Assembly (NCBI RefSeq): GCF_001194135.2
Contig: NC_069009.1
Location: 10,374,265 to 10,428,933, forward strand
Direction: 5' to 3'
Length of the DNA stretch: 54,669 bases
Origin: Octopus bimaculoides
Taxonomy: Eukaryota
Under the pieces are notes generated by a model. That model saw nothing but the letters and a program-made list of their open reading frames with translations, searched no databases and had not been told where the DNA came from. The position numbers were made by a program, and so were the translations under genes. Shown here in pieces: positions 29,270 to 42,900 of the stretch. How positions within the stretch are numbered: position 1 is the first letter of the stretch; each line of letters begins with the position of its first letter.

Positions 29270-31376
29270 AAAATAAGAGGAATGACCAGCAAAAGTGGAC
29301 TCCTATATGCTAGAAATAGATGCCGAATCATCTAACCACGAAAGAAATATGTCTTCTCAGTAAAACTTTAGCGACACAACAGACTGTAAAAGGGCAAGAC
29401 AAATGAAAAAATACTAAATAAAAAAGCGATTAACCTACGTACCATGGTTTCTTCTGTTAAAATTTACATAAGTAAATATCTGCAGGATCGTCAGCGTAGT
29501 CTATCGATTAGCGATGCAATTTCCAGAAATAGACACAATTCTACAAATTACATTCAGTGTATCCTTTCAAATGTTTTCAATCTGGCGCGCTAAGTCCGGA
29601 AATAATTCTGCAGTTAATAAATTTTTGGAGCTAATTTACCGGTTTGAGAACATTATTGTATAAAATTTATTTATGAGGGTAGAAGTTGATATTAGTCAAT
29701 TAGAACCAGTGGTCTAGCATATAAAACAAAAAATCCGAAGATTAAAATTATATTACATACAAAAATCGACAGACTACGCTGACGATCCTGCAGATATTTA
29801 CTTATGTAAATTTTAACAGAAGAAACGTAGGTTAATCGTTTTTTTATTTAGTATTTTTTCATTTGTCTTGCCCTTTTACAGTCTGTTGTGTCGCTAAAGT
29901 TTTACTGAGAAGACATATTTTTTTCGTGGTTAGATGATTCGGCATCTATTTCTAGCATATAGGAGTCCACTTTTGCTGGCATTCCTCTTATTTTTGTATG
30001 TAATATAATTTTAATCTTCGGATTTTTTAATATGCTAGACCACTGNNNNNNNNNNCATATATATCTGTTAATTCCATGTTTTGTCCTCATGATTTCTTCT
30101 TATTTTCTCCTTTCTCTATCATTCTCTTGAATCTTTATTCGGTGGAAGACTATACTATGTAAATCCCAAACACAATTGCCGACCAAAATTCCCACCTCCT
30201 CATCCACATCCTCATCAGCATCGTCCTTCACATTTTTGTTCTTACTTTTCTCAATCGTAAACATACAGGAGATCATTATGGTCCTCTTCTTCATCAATAT
30301 CATTTGTTACCACAAAATACTGCCATCAGACGCAGGATCTTAAACACTATCATCATCATCGCCAACGTTAACATTCCCATCTACACCAAAAACAATATCA
30401 TATACAGCATCACCATAAACACGATCATCCTCGTCATTACGAGAATACTAAACATTAACAACAGCTCCATCATAAGCATCTTAACATGTTCATCATCATC
30501 ACTACAAACCATATACTATTCTCTTCTGTCTCATCAACATATTCCTTACTACCATATCGTCCATTATCAAATCCACCACCAAAAAATCCTTCTACTAGAC
30601 ATGCGCCTCTTCATCATCGTTACAATCCTTAACATCAGTATCATCATCGGTGCTATGTACTTCATCGAACTAATCAAAATCGCGATCTATATTCCACCCC
30701 CAGCATCATCGAATTGTTTCGCCAAATATTTTCTATACAATTCCTTCTTAACTCAATATTATCTTCCAGATATTTGACATTTAATGATATGAAGGAAATC
30801 AAAGCAGACACCTTCCAAAATCTGCCCAGTTTAACAAACATGTAAGTTAAAAACATCCTTTCTTATACTATTTCGTTGACGATATATTTCTATATCTGTA
30901 ATATCTTCCCATCCTCCAGTTTAAGCTTCCTCATCCCACTTTCAAAAGATCTGTTTTGTTGTTTGGGAATATGTGAGTGTAAGTGTGTGTGTGTGTGTTT
31001 GAGAGAGGGGGGGGGTAAGAGAGTGTGTGTAGCCATTTCTAAGCTATGTGATATACGAGAGCGTGATAGTTCAGGTGAACCATCTGGTGTATGCTTTTGT
31101 ATGTGTAAACTCTGTCTCTTTCCAAAGTGTGTCATTTTGTATATTAATATGTGTGAATGTGAGTGAGAGCCTGGTCTTCAGATAATAAAAATATGTAAGT
31201 GTGACAATTCAGGAAACAAATCTGTGTGATGTTTATGCTCCTATCACCAACTCATTGCGACCATAGACTTTACTTCTGCTTCATCTTGGTCTTGTTGTTG
31301 CTGTTGCAGTTCTTGTTCTTCTTTTTCTACTTCTCCTCTTTCTTTTTCTTCGTGTACTTCTTTTTTCCTCTCCTTG

Positions 31377-31407
<31 letters not shown>

Positions 31408-34400
31408 TGTTGTTATTGTTGCTGTTGCACTCTTCTTCTTCTTCTTCTTCTTCTTCTTCTTCTTCTTCTTCATATTGTCCTTCATTTTCTCTTTCTTCTT
31501 CATTTCATCCTGCTTCGCGCATTTCTATTTTTCTCATTCCACTCCCACTTCGACTTCTCTTACATCTTTCCTAGCTTTTGATGTTACTTCTCTTCCTCTT
31601 AATCTTCTGCGCCACCCCTCGTCCTTTCTCTCTCCTTCTCATTTTCTTTTTATTCTCCTAACCCTTCAATTTTTCTCCGAGCACTTCTTCTTCTTATTCC
31701 TTCCTTTGTCGCACATTTCACATAAAATGTCCACCACTGTTTTATATGTTCATATCTTCATGATCACTCTCTTCATATTCATCATCATAATCATCAATAT
31801 TATCAACCTCACAATTTGCAGCGTCTAGGGCAACGTCAAAATCATCTTCATCATTCTTTAACTTCCAGAAGGTATTCGTTTAGCTATAATATTCTTTATT
31901 ATACAATACTTCTAAAATTTCACCTTTGAAAATATATTTTATATTCATAGATTTTTGCAAAATAGTAATATCGAAAAAATTGAAGTAAGAGCGTTTCATG
32001 ATCTGCCCAGTTTAAGAACTCTGTAAGTTGGATAAGTCTTGTTCATAATATCTCCTTGAAAAGATACAAACAAATATTGAAAATATTCGCATTAAAATTT
32101 GCACAATTTCTTTGACCCTCCTTATAATGTGTTTCGACAGAAATCTGTGAGTGTTTGTGAGTGCCTGTAAATATGTGTGCCTGTGAGTGCGTGAATCTGA
32201 ATATATGTTCGTTAGATCTTATCCACTCGAAGAAGTCTTTCTTTACAGCTACTGATATTGCTGTTACCACTACTACTACCACTGATACCAGTGTAACAAC
32301 TACTACAAATACTATTGTTTTTCACTCATTTCACATTTCTTCCTCTCCAATCTCATCATAATGCATAAACAACGTATCTATGCTTTTATCGTTGTATTTT
32401 ATTTATTCTTTTCTTCTTGTTCCGTTCTTCTAAATATTCTCGTTCATAAATTTCTGCAACAATAATGTCAACCACATCATTCCTCATTTACATCATCATT
32501 AGCATCATCATCATAGTAAACGGAAGGAATTATGTACTTCGTCATCATCATCATCATCATCATCTACTTTTTCTCTTTTCGCTGCTTCCTTTACTTGTAC
32601 ATGAATGTTTTTATATATCTTATATTTGTTTGTTTTCCACTCGGTCGTCGTTTTCTTCTTCCTCTTCTTCTTCTTTTTCTTCTTCTTCTTCTTTTTCTTC
32701 TTCTTCTCCTCCTCCTCCTCCAACTCCTCCCACTTCTTCTTCTCCTCCTCCTCCTCCCCTTCTTCTTTTTCTTATTCTTCTTCTTCGACTTCTCCCCCTC
32801 CACCTCCTCCTCCTTCTTCTTCTTCTTCTTCTTCTTCTCCTCTTCCTCCTCCTTCTTCTTCTTCTCCCCTCCCCTCCCCCTNNNNNNNNNNNNNNNNNNN
32901 NNNNNNNNNNNNNNNNNNNNNNNNNNNNNNNNNNNNNNNNNNNNNNNNNNNNNNNNNNNNNNNNNNNNNNNNNNNNNNNNNNNNNNNNNNNNNNNNNNNN
33001 NNNNNNNNNNNNNNNNNNNNNNNNNNNNNNNNNNNNNNNNNNNNNNNNNNNNNNNNNNNNNNCTCCTCCTCCTCCTCCTCCTCCTCCTTCTTCAACAATT
33101 CATCATCACCAACATTAATATTATCAACATCCATGTCATGTTCAGAATCAGTATAGACGTGCTAAACACCATCATTATCAGAGCAATCGTCATTAACAAC
33201 ATCACTCCTATCATCAGCATTATAATATCTTCGTTATCATCATTACACAACCTAGACACTCCTCCCGTGTCTCATCATCTTACTCATCACTACAACAACG
33301 GCCACTATCAATTCTGCCGACACCATTATACTTCTACTCCACCACCCCCTCTTCCTCCTCCTTCTAATCATCATCATCGTCATCATCATCAACATCATCG
33401 TCGGTGCCATGAACTTCATGGAATTAATCATCATCTTGTTCTGATTTCTAGCGCTTTCATTATTTAATTGCTTAACCGAATTATGTCAAAAATATGTTCA
33501 ATACACTTGCTTATTAAATCGATTTTATGTTCCAGGGATTTAAGTTCAAATGATATTAAAGCAATCGAAGCCGACACCTTCCGAGATCTGTACAAGTTAA
33601 AAACACTGTAAGTAGAATAATTTTTCGATAGGATTTTGTCGCCGTTATATTTCTAAATCTTTATTATCTTCCTATCTGTAATTTGAAGCACCCTCGCCCG
33701 GTTTCCTAAGATGTGTTTTATTATTTACGAATCTCTGTGTGTGAGTGGTTGGTCTTTCCTTAGATATGGGATATATGACTTTGTGATAGTAAAGGGCAAC
33801 CACTAGGGCATACGTGTTTATGTCTCTACGGATGCGGAAAATCTGTCTCAGTCCAAAGTGCATGTTTTGTATAGGGTGACCCATAAAAACAAAGAAACCA
33901 CTAATCTTCGATTAAAATTGTTTTCATAAACAACGCAGAATTATAAACCGATATAAACAATGCTTCCAGCAAAACGGGGCCACCCACCAGGCGGCGAAAA
34001 TCTCCCTCGCCTGGCTGAGTGCGATTTCAGGAAGAACTCTTAGCAGCTATTGTGATGTTGAAAGGGCACCGCATTCACCGGTCTTAAACCACATGAGACT
34101 TGTATGTGTAGGGGTATCCCAAGGATGATGATTACCAGAACAACCCTCAGACGATTGGTGAGCTGAAAGTAGCAATCACAGTAGAAATCAGGGAAATCCA
34201 TAAAGGGTAATGTGTTCGAGTAATTGACAATTTTGTTCGACGTATGCAAGCGTGTGCGCGACGTATGTCGTTTGGAGAGTATTTTGAAAATAACATAACT
34301 TTTATACAAAGGGAATAATCGTTCACAGACCCAAATCGTACACATATCGTACACAGACTTGAAATTTGTTGGATCATTCTAGGATTTAATAAAATCTTTA

Positions 34401-34798
34401 TGGGGTCTGTTTTTTTTGGTGGGGGGGGGGAGGGTATATGTGTCCCATCAACATATTCCACACTACCATCATCATTGGTGCTATGAACATTATAGAATTA
34501 ATCTTAATCGCGATCTATATTCCACGCCAACCATCATCTAATTGTTTAGATATATTTCTGTCATAGATATGTTCTATACAGTTCCTTCTTAACTCAATAC
34601 TATCTTTCAGATATTTAACCTTTAATAATATGACGGAAATCAAAGCAGGCGCCTTCCGAAATCTGACCAGTTTAACACATCTGTAAGTTAAATCATTCTT
34701 CCTTATACTACTTCGTTGATGAAAATGTGTTAGCATGCATGACATTTCCCATTTCACCCAACACTGCTAGTTCTTATCCGTTGCAGCGAGTCTTCCTT

Positions 34799-34848
<50 letters not shown>

Positions 34849-35458
34849 GGTAGGCCTTCCACCTTTCTAGATCTCTCCCTCTTCTTTGTCATCATCATAC
34901 AATAAACACGTATCTTTGTTTTTTTTCTCACTTTTACTCTTTCTTTTCTCCTTCTTCTTCTTCTAAATAGTTTCGTTCATAAATAATAATTTGAACCTCA
35001 TCTAACCTCACTTCCGTCATCATTGGCATCATCATCATCATCTCAGTAAAAAAAGATCGTTATATACCCCGTCATCATCATCATCATCATCTCAGTAAAA
35101 AAAAAACATTATATACCCCGTCATCATCATCGTCATCATTTTCTTCTTCTTCTTCTTCTTCTTCTTCTTCTTCTTCTTCTTCTTCTTCTCCTCCTCCTCC
35201 TCCTCCTCCTTCTTCATCATATTTTGCTTCTACGTCAGTTTTTATACATTTTATTTTTGCTCGTATTTCTCTAAACCTTCATCACCTTCTTCTTTATCTT
35301 CTCTATTCTCCAAATTCTTTTCCTCTTTCCTCTCGTTTTCTTCTTTTCCTTCCCATTCACCGTTTCTTATTTGATCCGATTTTATAAGATTTACCAATTA
35401 TATTTCCATATTCCTTAACTTCTATCTCTAAATCTAAACCTCTCTCTCTCTCTCTCCA

Positions 35459-35513
<55 letters not shown>

Positions 35514-36680
35514 TCTTGCGTGTGTGTGTGAGTGTGTATAAATATGAACGATTATTATGTGCTTTAACACATCTACTTATTTTTCTTCTCCTTCCTACTA
35601 TTGTTCTACTTATTCGACCTGTACCTCTTCTTCTTCTTCTTCTTCTTCTTCTTCTTCTTCTTCTTCTTCTTCTTCTTCTTCTTCTTCTTCTTCTTCTTCT
35701 TTATCATCATCATCATCATCGCCAGCAGTAACATCCTCATCAGCATCATCAGCATGACCATGGACATGCTGAGCTCCGTCACTATCAGAATAATGAACAC
35801 GAAAAACATCACCTCCATTATTAGCATAACATCTGCACACCATACACTCTTCTCTTTTCCCTTATCATTATATGCATCACTACTACCATCACGTACACTA
35901 TCATAACTCTTACCGCCACCATTATCCCCTCTTTCTTCTCCTCATTCTCTTTCTGCTCCTCCTCTTTCTCTCTTCTACTTATCCTCTTTCTCCTTTTCAT
36001 AATCATTAACATCATCAACATTATCATTGTTTTGATGGACTCATTCATCATTGTGATCTACTTTCCACCCCATCATCATCAAATCTTTTAGTTAACATTC
36101 TGTCATAAATATGTTCTATACAACTCGGTTTTAACACAATTCTATGTTTCAGATACTTGTATTCAAATGGTATCCAGGCAATCACAGCGGACACCTTCGG
36201 AAATCTGTCCAGTTTAAAATATCTGTAAGTCGAATCATTAATTTTTATAGCATTTCATTGACGATATATTTCTAAATTTGTAATGTCTTCCCATCCTTCA
36301 TTTCGAGCTCCCTTAGCCGTCTGTCCAAAGCTCTGTTTCATTATTTGTGAATTTGTGAGTGTGAGCGTAAGCCCATTTCTCCGATATGGGCTGTATCAGA
36401 GCGTGATAACATGTATTGGCTGTGTGGTAAGTAGCTTGCTTACCAACCACATGGTTCCGGGATCTGTCCCATTGCGTGTGACCCTGGGCAAGTGTCTTCT
36501 ACTATAGCCTTGGGCCGACCAAAGCCTTGTGAGTGGATTTGGTAGCGGTTCGGCAAAAGAGACCAATAGAATAAGTACTAGGCTTCCAAAGAATAAGTCC
36601 TGGGTCGATTTGCTCGACTAAAGGCGGTGCTCCAGTATGGCCACAGTCAAAAGACTGAAACAAGTAAAATAGTAAAATAG

Positions 36681-36723
<43 letters not shown>

Positions 36724-38178
36724 NNNNNNNNNNNNNNNNNNNNNNNNNNNNNNNNNNNNNNNNNNNNNNNNNNNNNNNNNNNNNNNNNNNNNNNNNNNNN
36801 NNNNNNNNNNNNNNNNNNNNNNNNNNNNNNNNNNNNNNNNNNNNNNNNNNNNNNNNNNNNNNNNNNNNNNNNNNNNNNNNNNNNNNNNNNNNNNNNNNNN
36901 NNNNNNNNNNNNNNNNNNNNNNNNNNNNNNNNNNNNNNNNNNNNNNNNNNNNNNNNNNNNNNNNNNNNNNNNNNNNNNNNNNNNNNNNNNNNNNNNNNNN
37001 NNNNNNNNNNNNNNNNNNNNNNNNNNNNNNNNNNNNNNNNNNNNNNNNNNTTCTTCTTCTTCTTCTTCTTCTTCTTCTTCTTCTTCTTCTTCTTCTTCTT
37101 CTTCTTCTTCTTCTTCTTCTTCTTCTTCTTCTTCTTCTTCTTCTTCTTCTTCTTCTCTTCCTCCTCCTCCTCTTTCTTCTTCTTTTATTTCTTTTATTCT
37201 TCCCTTACATCTCATCGACCTTCTTTTGCTACTTGATTCGCTTTTCTTATAAGCTTTACCAATTCTATTTCCATACACCTTATCTTCTGTCTCTAAATCT
37301 CTACCCAAATCGTTCTCATTCTCCTTTGATCATTGGTGTGTTTGGGAATATGTCTCAATGTGGATCACTGGACATACACTTCGATAGAGTATGTTTGAGA
37401 GTGTATCAGCCCTCAAAATTTGATCATAATTTTGCGTAGCTCTCTCACCTCTATCTCTCAATCTCCCTCTATTTCTACACACACACACACAGAGTCTTGT
37501 ACATTTGTTTGTGAATGTGACTGGGAATAGGTGTCTACTTGTGTGTGTGTCTGCGTTTGTGTGTGGGTAGGAATATCAGCGATAATTATCAACCATGACT
37601 CTCACTTCCAATTGTATTTGGGATTATACTATTCATATTTCGGATTGTATTATTCATATTTATCTTCATCTATAATCACGAGATCATTCCTTTCTTCTTC
37701 CAAATTTCCATCCGTAAATTTTATTTCCCTTCAGTCTTCAACTATATATATATTATATATATGTATCTGACTTTACATCCACTTCTTCATCTCCATTTTT
37801 AAATCTAATCATATAATTTATGCCTTCATTTCTTATCTTCCCGTGAACTCAGTAACATTTATATCATCATAACTCATTTGCATCATCATTATCTTCACCA
37901 AAGTAAATAAAAGGGACATTATGGACTTCGTCATCATCATCATCGTCAACCATTTCTCATTTCGCTGCTGCGCTTTCTACTTTTAAATCAACTTTCTATG
38001 TATCTTATTTGTGTTCGTTTTCCACTGTCTCTTCTTCTTCTTCTTCTTCTTCTTCTTCTTCTTCTTCTTCTNNNNNNNNNNNNNNNNNNNNNNNNNNNNN
38101 NNNNNNNNNNNNNNNNNNNNNNNNNNNNNNNNNNNNNNNNNNNNNNNNNNNNNNNNNNNNNNNNNNNNNNNTCTTCTT

Positions 38179-38209
<31 letters not shown>

Positions 38210-39944
38210 ATCTTCTTCTTTCTTTCTTTCTTTCTTTTTTCCATTCTTCGTCATCTGTTATTTTGTCTTTTTTTCTTCTTTTTTCTTCTTCATCCTCCTC
38301 CTCCCCTCTTCCTCCTCCTCCTCCTCCTCATCATCATCATATTCTTCTTCTTCTTCTTCTTCTTCTTTCTTTTTTCCCTTCTCCGTCATCTGTTATTTTT
38401 TCTTCTTTTTCTTTACATCTCTCCGCTCTTCTTCCTTCTTATTATCATTATCACATCTTAGTCATCAACACTACAAAAGGCGGTGCCCCAGCATGGCCGC
38501 AGTTAAATGACTGAAACAAGTAAAAGAGTAAAAGAGTAGAGAGTAACACTACAACCATATATTCTTCCGTTCTCCCTCATCATCCTATTCATCTGTATTA
38601 TCAACACGTCCTCTACCAGCTGTACCACCACCCTCATGCTCCACCACTTACCCTTCATCATCATCTTTAGCAGCAGCATTATCTTCATCATCATCATCAT
38701 CATCACTTCATCATCATCATCGCCACTCACATCATCATGAAACTAATCACCATCGTGTTCCAAGTTTACGTAACTTCCAGTATCTAATCGTTTAGCCAAA
38801 TTTTTATCACAATTATGTTCCATACAATTGTTTTTGAACTCAACTTTATGTTCCAGATCTTTGACTGCTAATGGTATCAAGGAAATCAAAACAGACACCT
38901 TCCGAAATCTGTACCGTTTAACAAATCTGTAAGTTGAATTAGTGTTGTTAGTTAGTATGTCATTGACGATACATTTCTAAATGTGTAATGTCTACAAATA
39001 CTTCATTTTAAGTACAGTCACCCGTCCTTACAAAGATGTGTCTTCATGTTTATAAATCTGTGAGTGTGGTCCCATTTCTTAGATACGGTACATATGACGG
39101 CATGATACTAGCGGGGAACAATTTAATGAATGTATATCTACAGCCTGTGTCAGCCCAAAATAAGTGGTATTGTTTGCGAGTGCCTTTGAATATGAGTGAG
39201 GGCATATTTACGAGTTTTCGGATTGATGAGTGTGTAGCAATTGAGGGGAAAACGTTAGTGGAAACTTGTTTATGGATATATGTCAGCATGTTTGTTTATG
39301 CATACATGTGTGCATGCGAGTTTATCAACATATATGTGTAATTCTGCGTGTGCATGATGTAAGGTATTTACAATTCCATCACCATTGATCGTCTCTTCTT
39401 CTTCTTCTTCTTCTTCTTCTTCTTCTTCTTCTTCTTCTTCTTCTTCTTCTTCTTCTTCTTCTTCTTCTTCTTCTTCTTCTTCTCTGTTTCTCATATCGTT
39501 CTACTATTTATTATTCGCCTGTTATTTTTTTTTTACTTTTCCTCATTTTCATTTTCTATTACGTCTTTCAATTGTACTAGATGTTAATGCTGTTTCCATA
39601 TTTTGAACTTATTCCTCATATTCTGTTATCCTACTTCTCTTTTTTACCTTCTTTCTATCCTCTTTGTTCTTCCTTACAAACTTCAATCACTTTTCAGTTC
39701 AACTTTTCAAATTTCTTTCGCATCATTTTTGCAATTTTTTCTCATTTTAATCTTTTATCGCCAATCTCATCATTTCACCATCACTAACTTCAGCATTACC
39801 GTCATCAAAATAATCTGAATCAAGTGAAGACCCTTTACATCATCGTCATTTACATATTCATTATCATTGTTAACAGAAACAGCACCAGCTTCACAGTCAT
39901 AATCCAAATCATAATCATGATCATCATAAACATCATCATCATCC

Positions 39945-39992
<48 letters not shown>

Positions 39993-42900
39993 CCATCGTT
40001 GTCGTCGTCGTTTTGTAATCATCATCATCTTCATCATTACCATAATTATCGACATCAGCATCGTTATCTCGAACTTTATCTCCGTTATCAGTAACCATAT
40101 TACTTCATCAAAACACCCCCACTATCCTCCTTTCCACTGTCTCTTCCTTATATTAACCCAAGCTACCACGACCACCTCCATCACCACCTCTTTCCTACGT
40201 CTCTTCATTCCCTCATTCGTAATATTAATATCACCACCTTTCTCATCTGCATTTCTTCTACTCAAGTAAGTAATTATTTAACAATAATATTTTATATTTA
40301 ATCAGAAAACAATTCTATACGTTTTCTAATCACCTAAAATTCTATTTCATTGTCATTTCGTTGATAATAATTCTTTACAATGTTACTCCTCTTTACGTAT
40401 TCAAATCAACTAACATTTTCTATTACAGATATTTGAATGAAAATAATATCAGCACAATTCAAGTAGGAACCTTCGATGATCTTCCCAGGTTAACCTTTCT
40501 GTAAGTTAGATAAGTTCTGTTGATAATATTCCATTGACAATATATTACTAACAATTTAAAGTGTTCTTATTTTGTATCGCATTCCTTTCTTGACTCCCTC
40601 AATACTCTCATTCTTTTTGGATAGAAATATGAGATTGTTTGTGAAGTACTGTGAATATTTGTATCTGTGAATGGCATATATATATATATANNNNNNNNNN
40701 NNNNNNNNNNNNNNNNNNNNNNNNNNNNNNNNNNNNNNNNNNNNNNNNNNNNNNNNNNNNNNNNNNNNNNNNNNNNNNNNNNNNNNNNNNNNNNNNNNNN
40801 NNNNNNNNNNNNNNNNNNNNNNNNNNNNNNNNNNNNNNNNNNNNNNNNNNNNNNNNNNNNNNNNNNNNNNNNNNNNNNNNNNNNNNNNNNNNNNNNNNNN
40901 NNNNNNNNNNNNNNNNNNNNNNNNNNNNNNNNNNNNNNNNNNNNNNNNNNNNNNNNNNNNNNNNNNNNNNNNNNNNNNNNNNNNNNNNNNNNNNNNNNNN
41001 NNNNNNNNNNNNNNNNNNNNNNNNNNNNNNNNNNNNNNNNNNNNNNNNNNNNNNNNNNNNNNNNNNNNNNNNNNNNNNNNNNNNNNNNNNNNNNNNNNNN
41101 NNNNNNNNNNNNNNNNNNNNNNNNNNNNNNNNNNNNNNNNNNNNNNNNNNNNNNNNNNNNNNNNNNNNNNNNNNNNNNNNNNNNNNNNNNNNNNNNNNNN
41201 NNNNNNNNCCTTACCTCTCCAACACCATCCTCCTCACCAGCACCCATCATCGATCCTATCACATCACCGACTCCTCCACCTGAACTTCTAACAATATCAT
41301 CTACTGCATTTCCTGCTCTCTCTCTGCCCTTCTCTATACATCGGGCAAACGGGACGCCGCTTGGCTGACCGGTTCGCGGAACACCTCCGAGACATCCGAC
41401 TTGGCAATGACACCCCGGTTTCGCTGCATTTCGGCTCAACCGGTCACTCTTTGCAACACCTGTCCGTGTTCGGATTGTCCTTGCCCAGGAACCATCTGGA
41501 CTCCCGTTTGCACGTGAATAGGGATTGATATTCTCTCTTCGCTACTTTGCGTGGCATGGGCTCACCTCTCCTCCCCTCTTCGTCTAACCTCCTCCCCTCA
41601 CCTCTCTCCCCCTCACACTTACTTTCTCCCACCCACCTCTCCTCTCTTGCTCCGATTCATACTTCTCTTCACTCCTACACTCCTTCTCTCTTCTCTTCAC
41701 TCCTACCCACCTTCTCCTTCCCCCTTCATCGATATGTAAATGACTTCCCATCAACCTGTACTAGAATGTCAGGAAAATTGTGAACCAGTGGTCTCTGCTT
41801 GACACCTCGAATTTGTTTAGGAGTAGAGCAAGCCTGGGGAATTACTTCTCTCTTCTTTATGCTGGTGAAAACTGGTCTAGAAGTTCTTGAGCTTTCTCTA
41901 AAGAGGTCGCTACTAGTGCAGCATCATCGGCAAAAAGTAGATCACGAATGATGCGGGAGTGTAGCAGTGTTCTGGCTTTAAAACTCTGATGATTGAATTG
42001 TCTACCACTTTTTCGAAACTGGAATTTCACACCACTTTGTATGTCGTCAAAATCATGCCTCAGCGTCACTGCAAAGAAAAAGTCAAACAAAACAGGAGCC
42101 AATAGATAACCTTGCTTTGTGCCGTTTGTAAAGTCCAGCCTTCATTCCCTTACGAAAGGAAATAACATGCACCATCTTGTTAGGTATACTAAGATTTTTC
42201 AGAACTTTCCAGAGTAATTGCTGGTTAACAGTGTCAAAGGTCTTAGGAAGGTCAACGAATATCAAGAGCAACTCTTGATTTTTCTCACGTGCCTTGTCCA
42301 TGACCTGTCGGAGGGAAAAAAATCATGTCGAAAATGTCAGGACCAGAGCAAAATAAATCCACTCTGTGAATCTGGGTAGATCTTTACAACGTGTCTGATG
42401 ATCCTGTCAAGAATAAGTCGAGCAAGTATCTTACCAGCAATAGCCAGAGCGATATTCCACGATGATTATCACAGAACTTCTGTTGCTTTTGTTCGTATAC
42501 ATATTTTGGATTGAGGCATCCTTGAAGTTTATGAAAAGGTCATGCGGTTTCTTAAAAGTTTCTGTCCACCATTCTTGTAAATTTCATGAGCGTAGCATCG
42601 CTGCCAGGTGCTCTATCAGAAGTCATCTGTTCAATAGTGTTTACCACTCTCAGAAAGGTTGGCTCCAGAGACAGTTCCAGTATTCCAGTGTACTGTGGAA
42701 CAGACATTATTACGTCGTCATTAGTGACTGAGGTGGAGTTCAACACAGCTTCAAAGTGATCTTTCCATCATTTCAGGATGTCAGATTTGTCATTCAGGAG
42801 TGTCTCTCTATTCGATGAAAAATAGGTGTAATACCGTGCTCCTGAGGATCATACACTTTCTCGAGGCCATCATAGAAGGCTTTAGAATCCTTTCTGTCTG

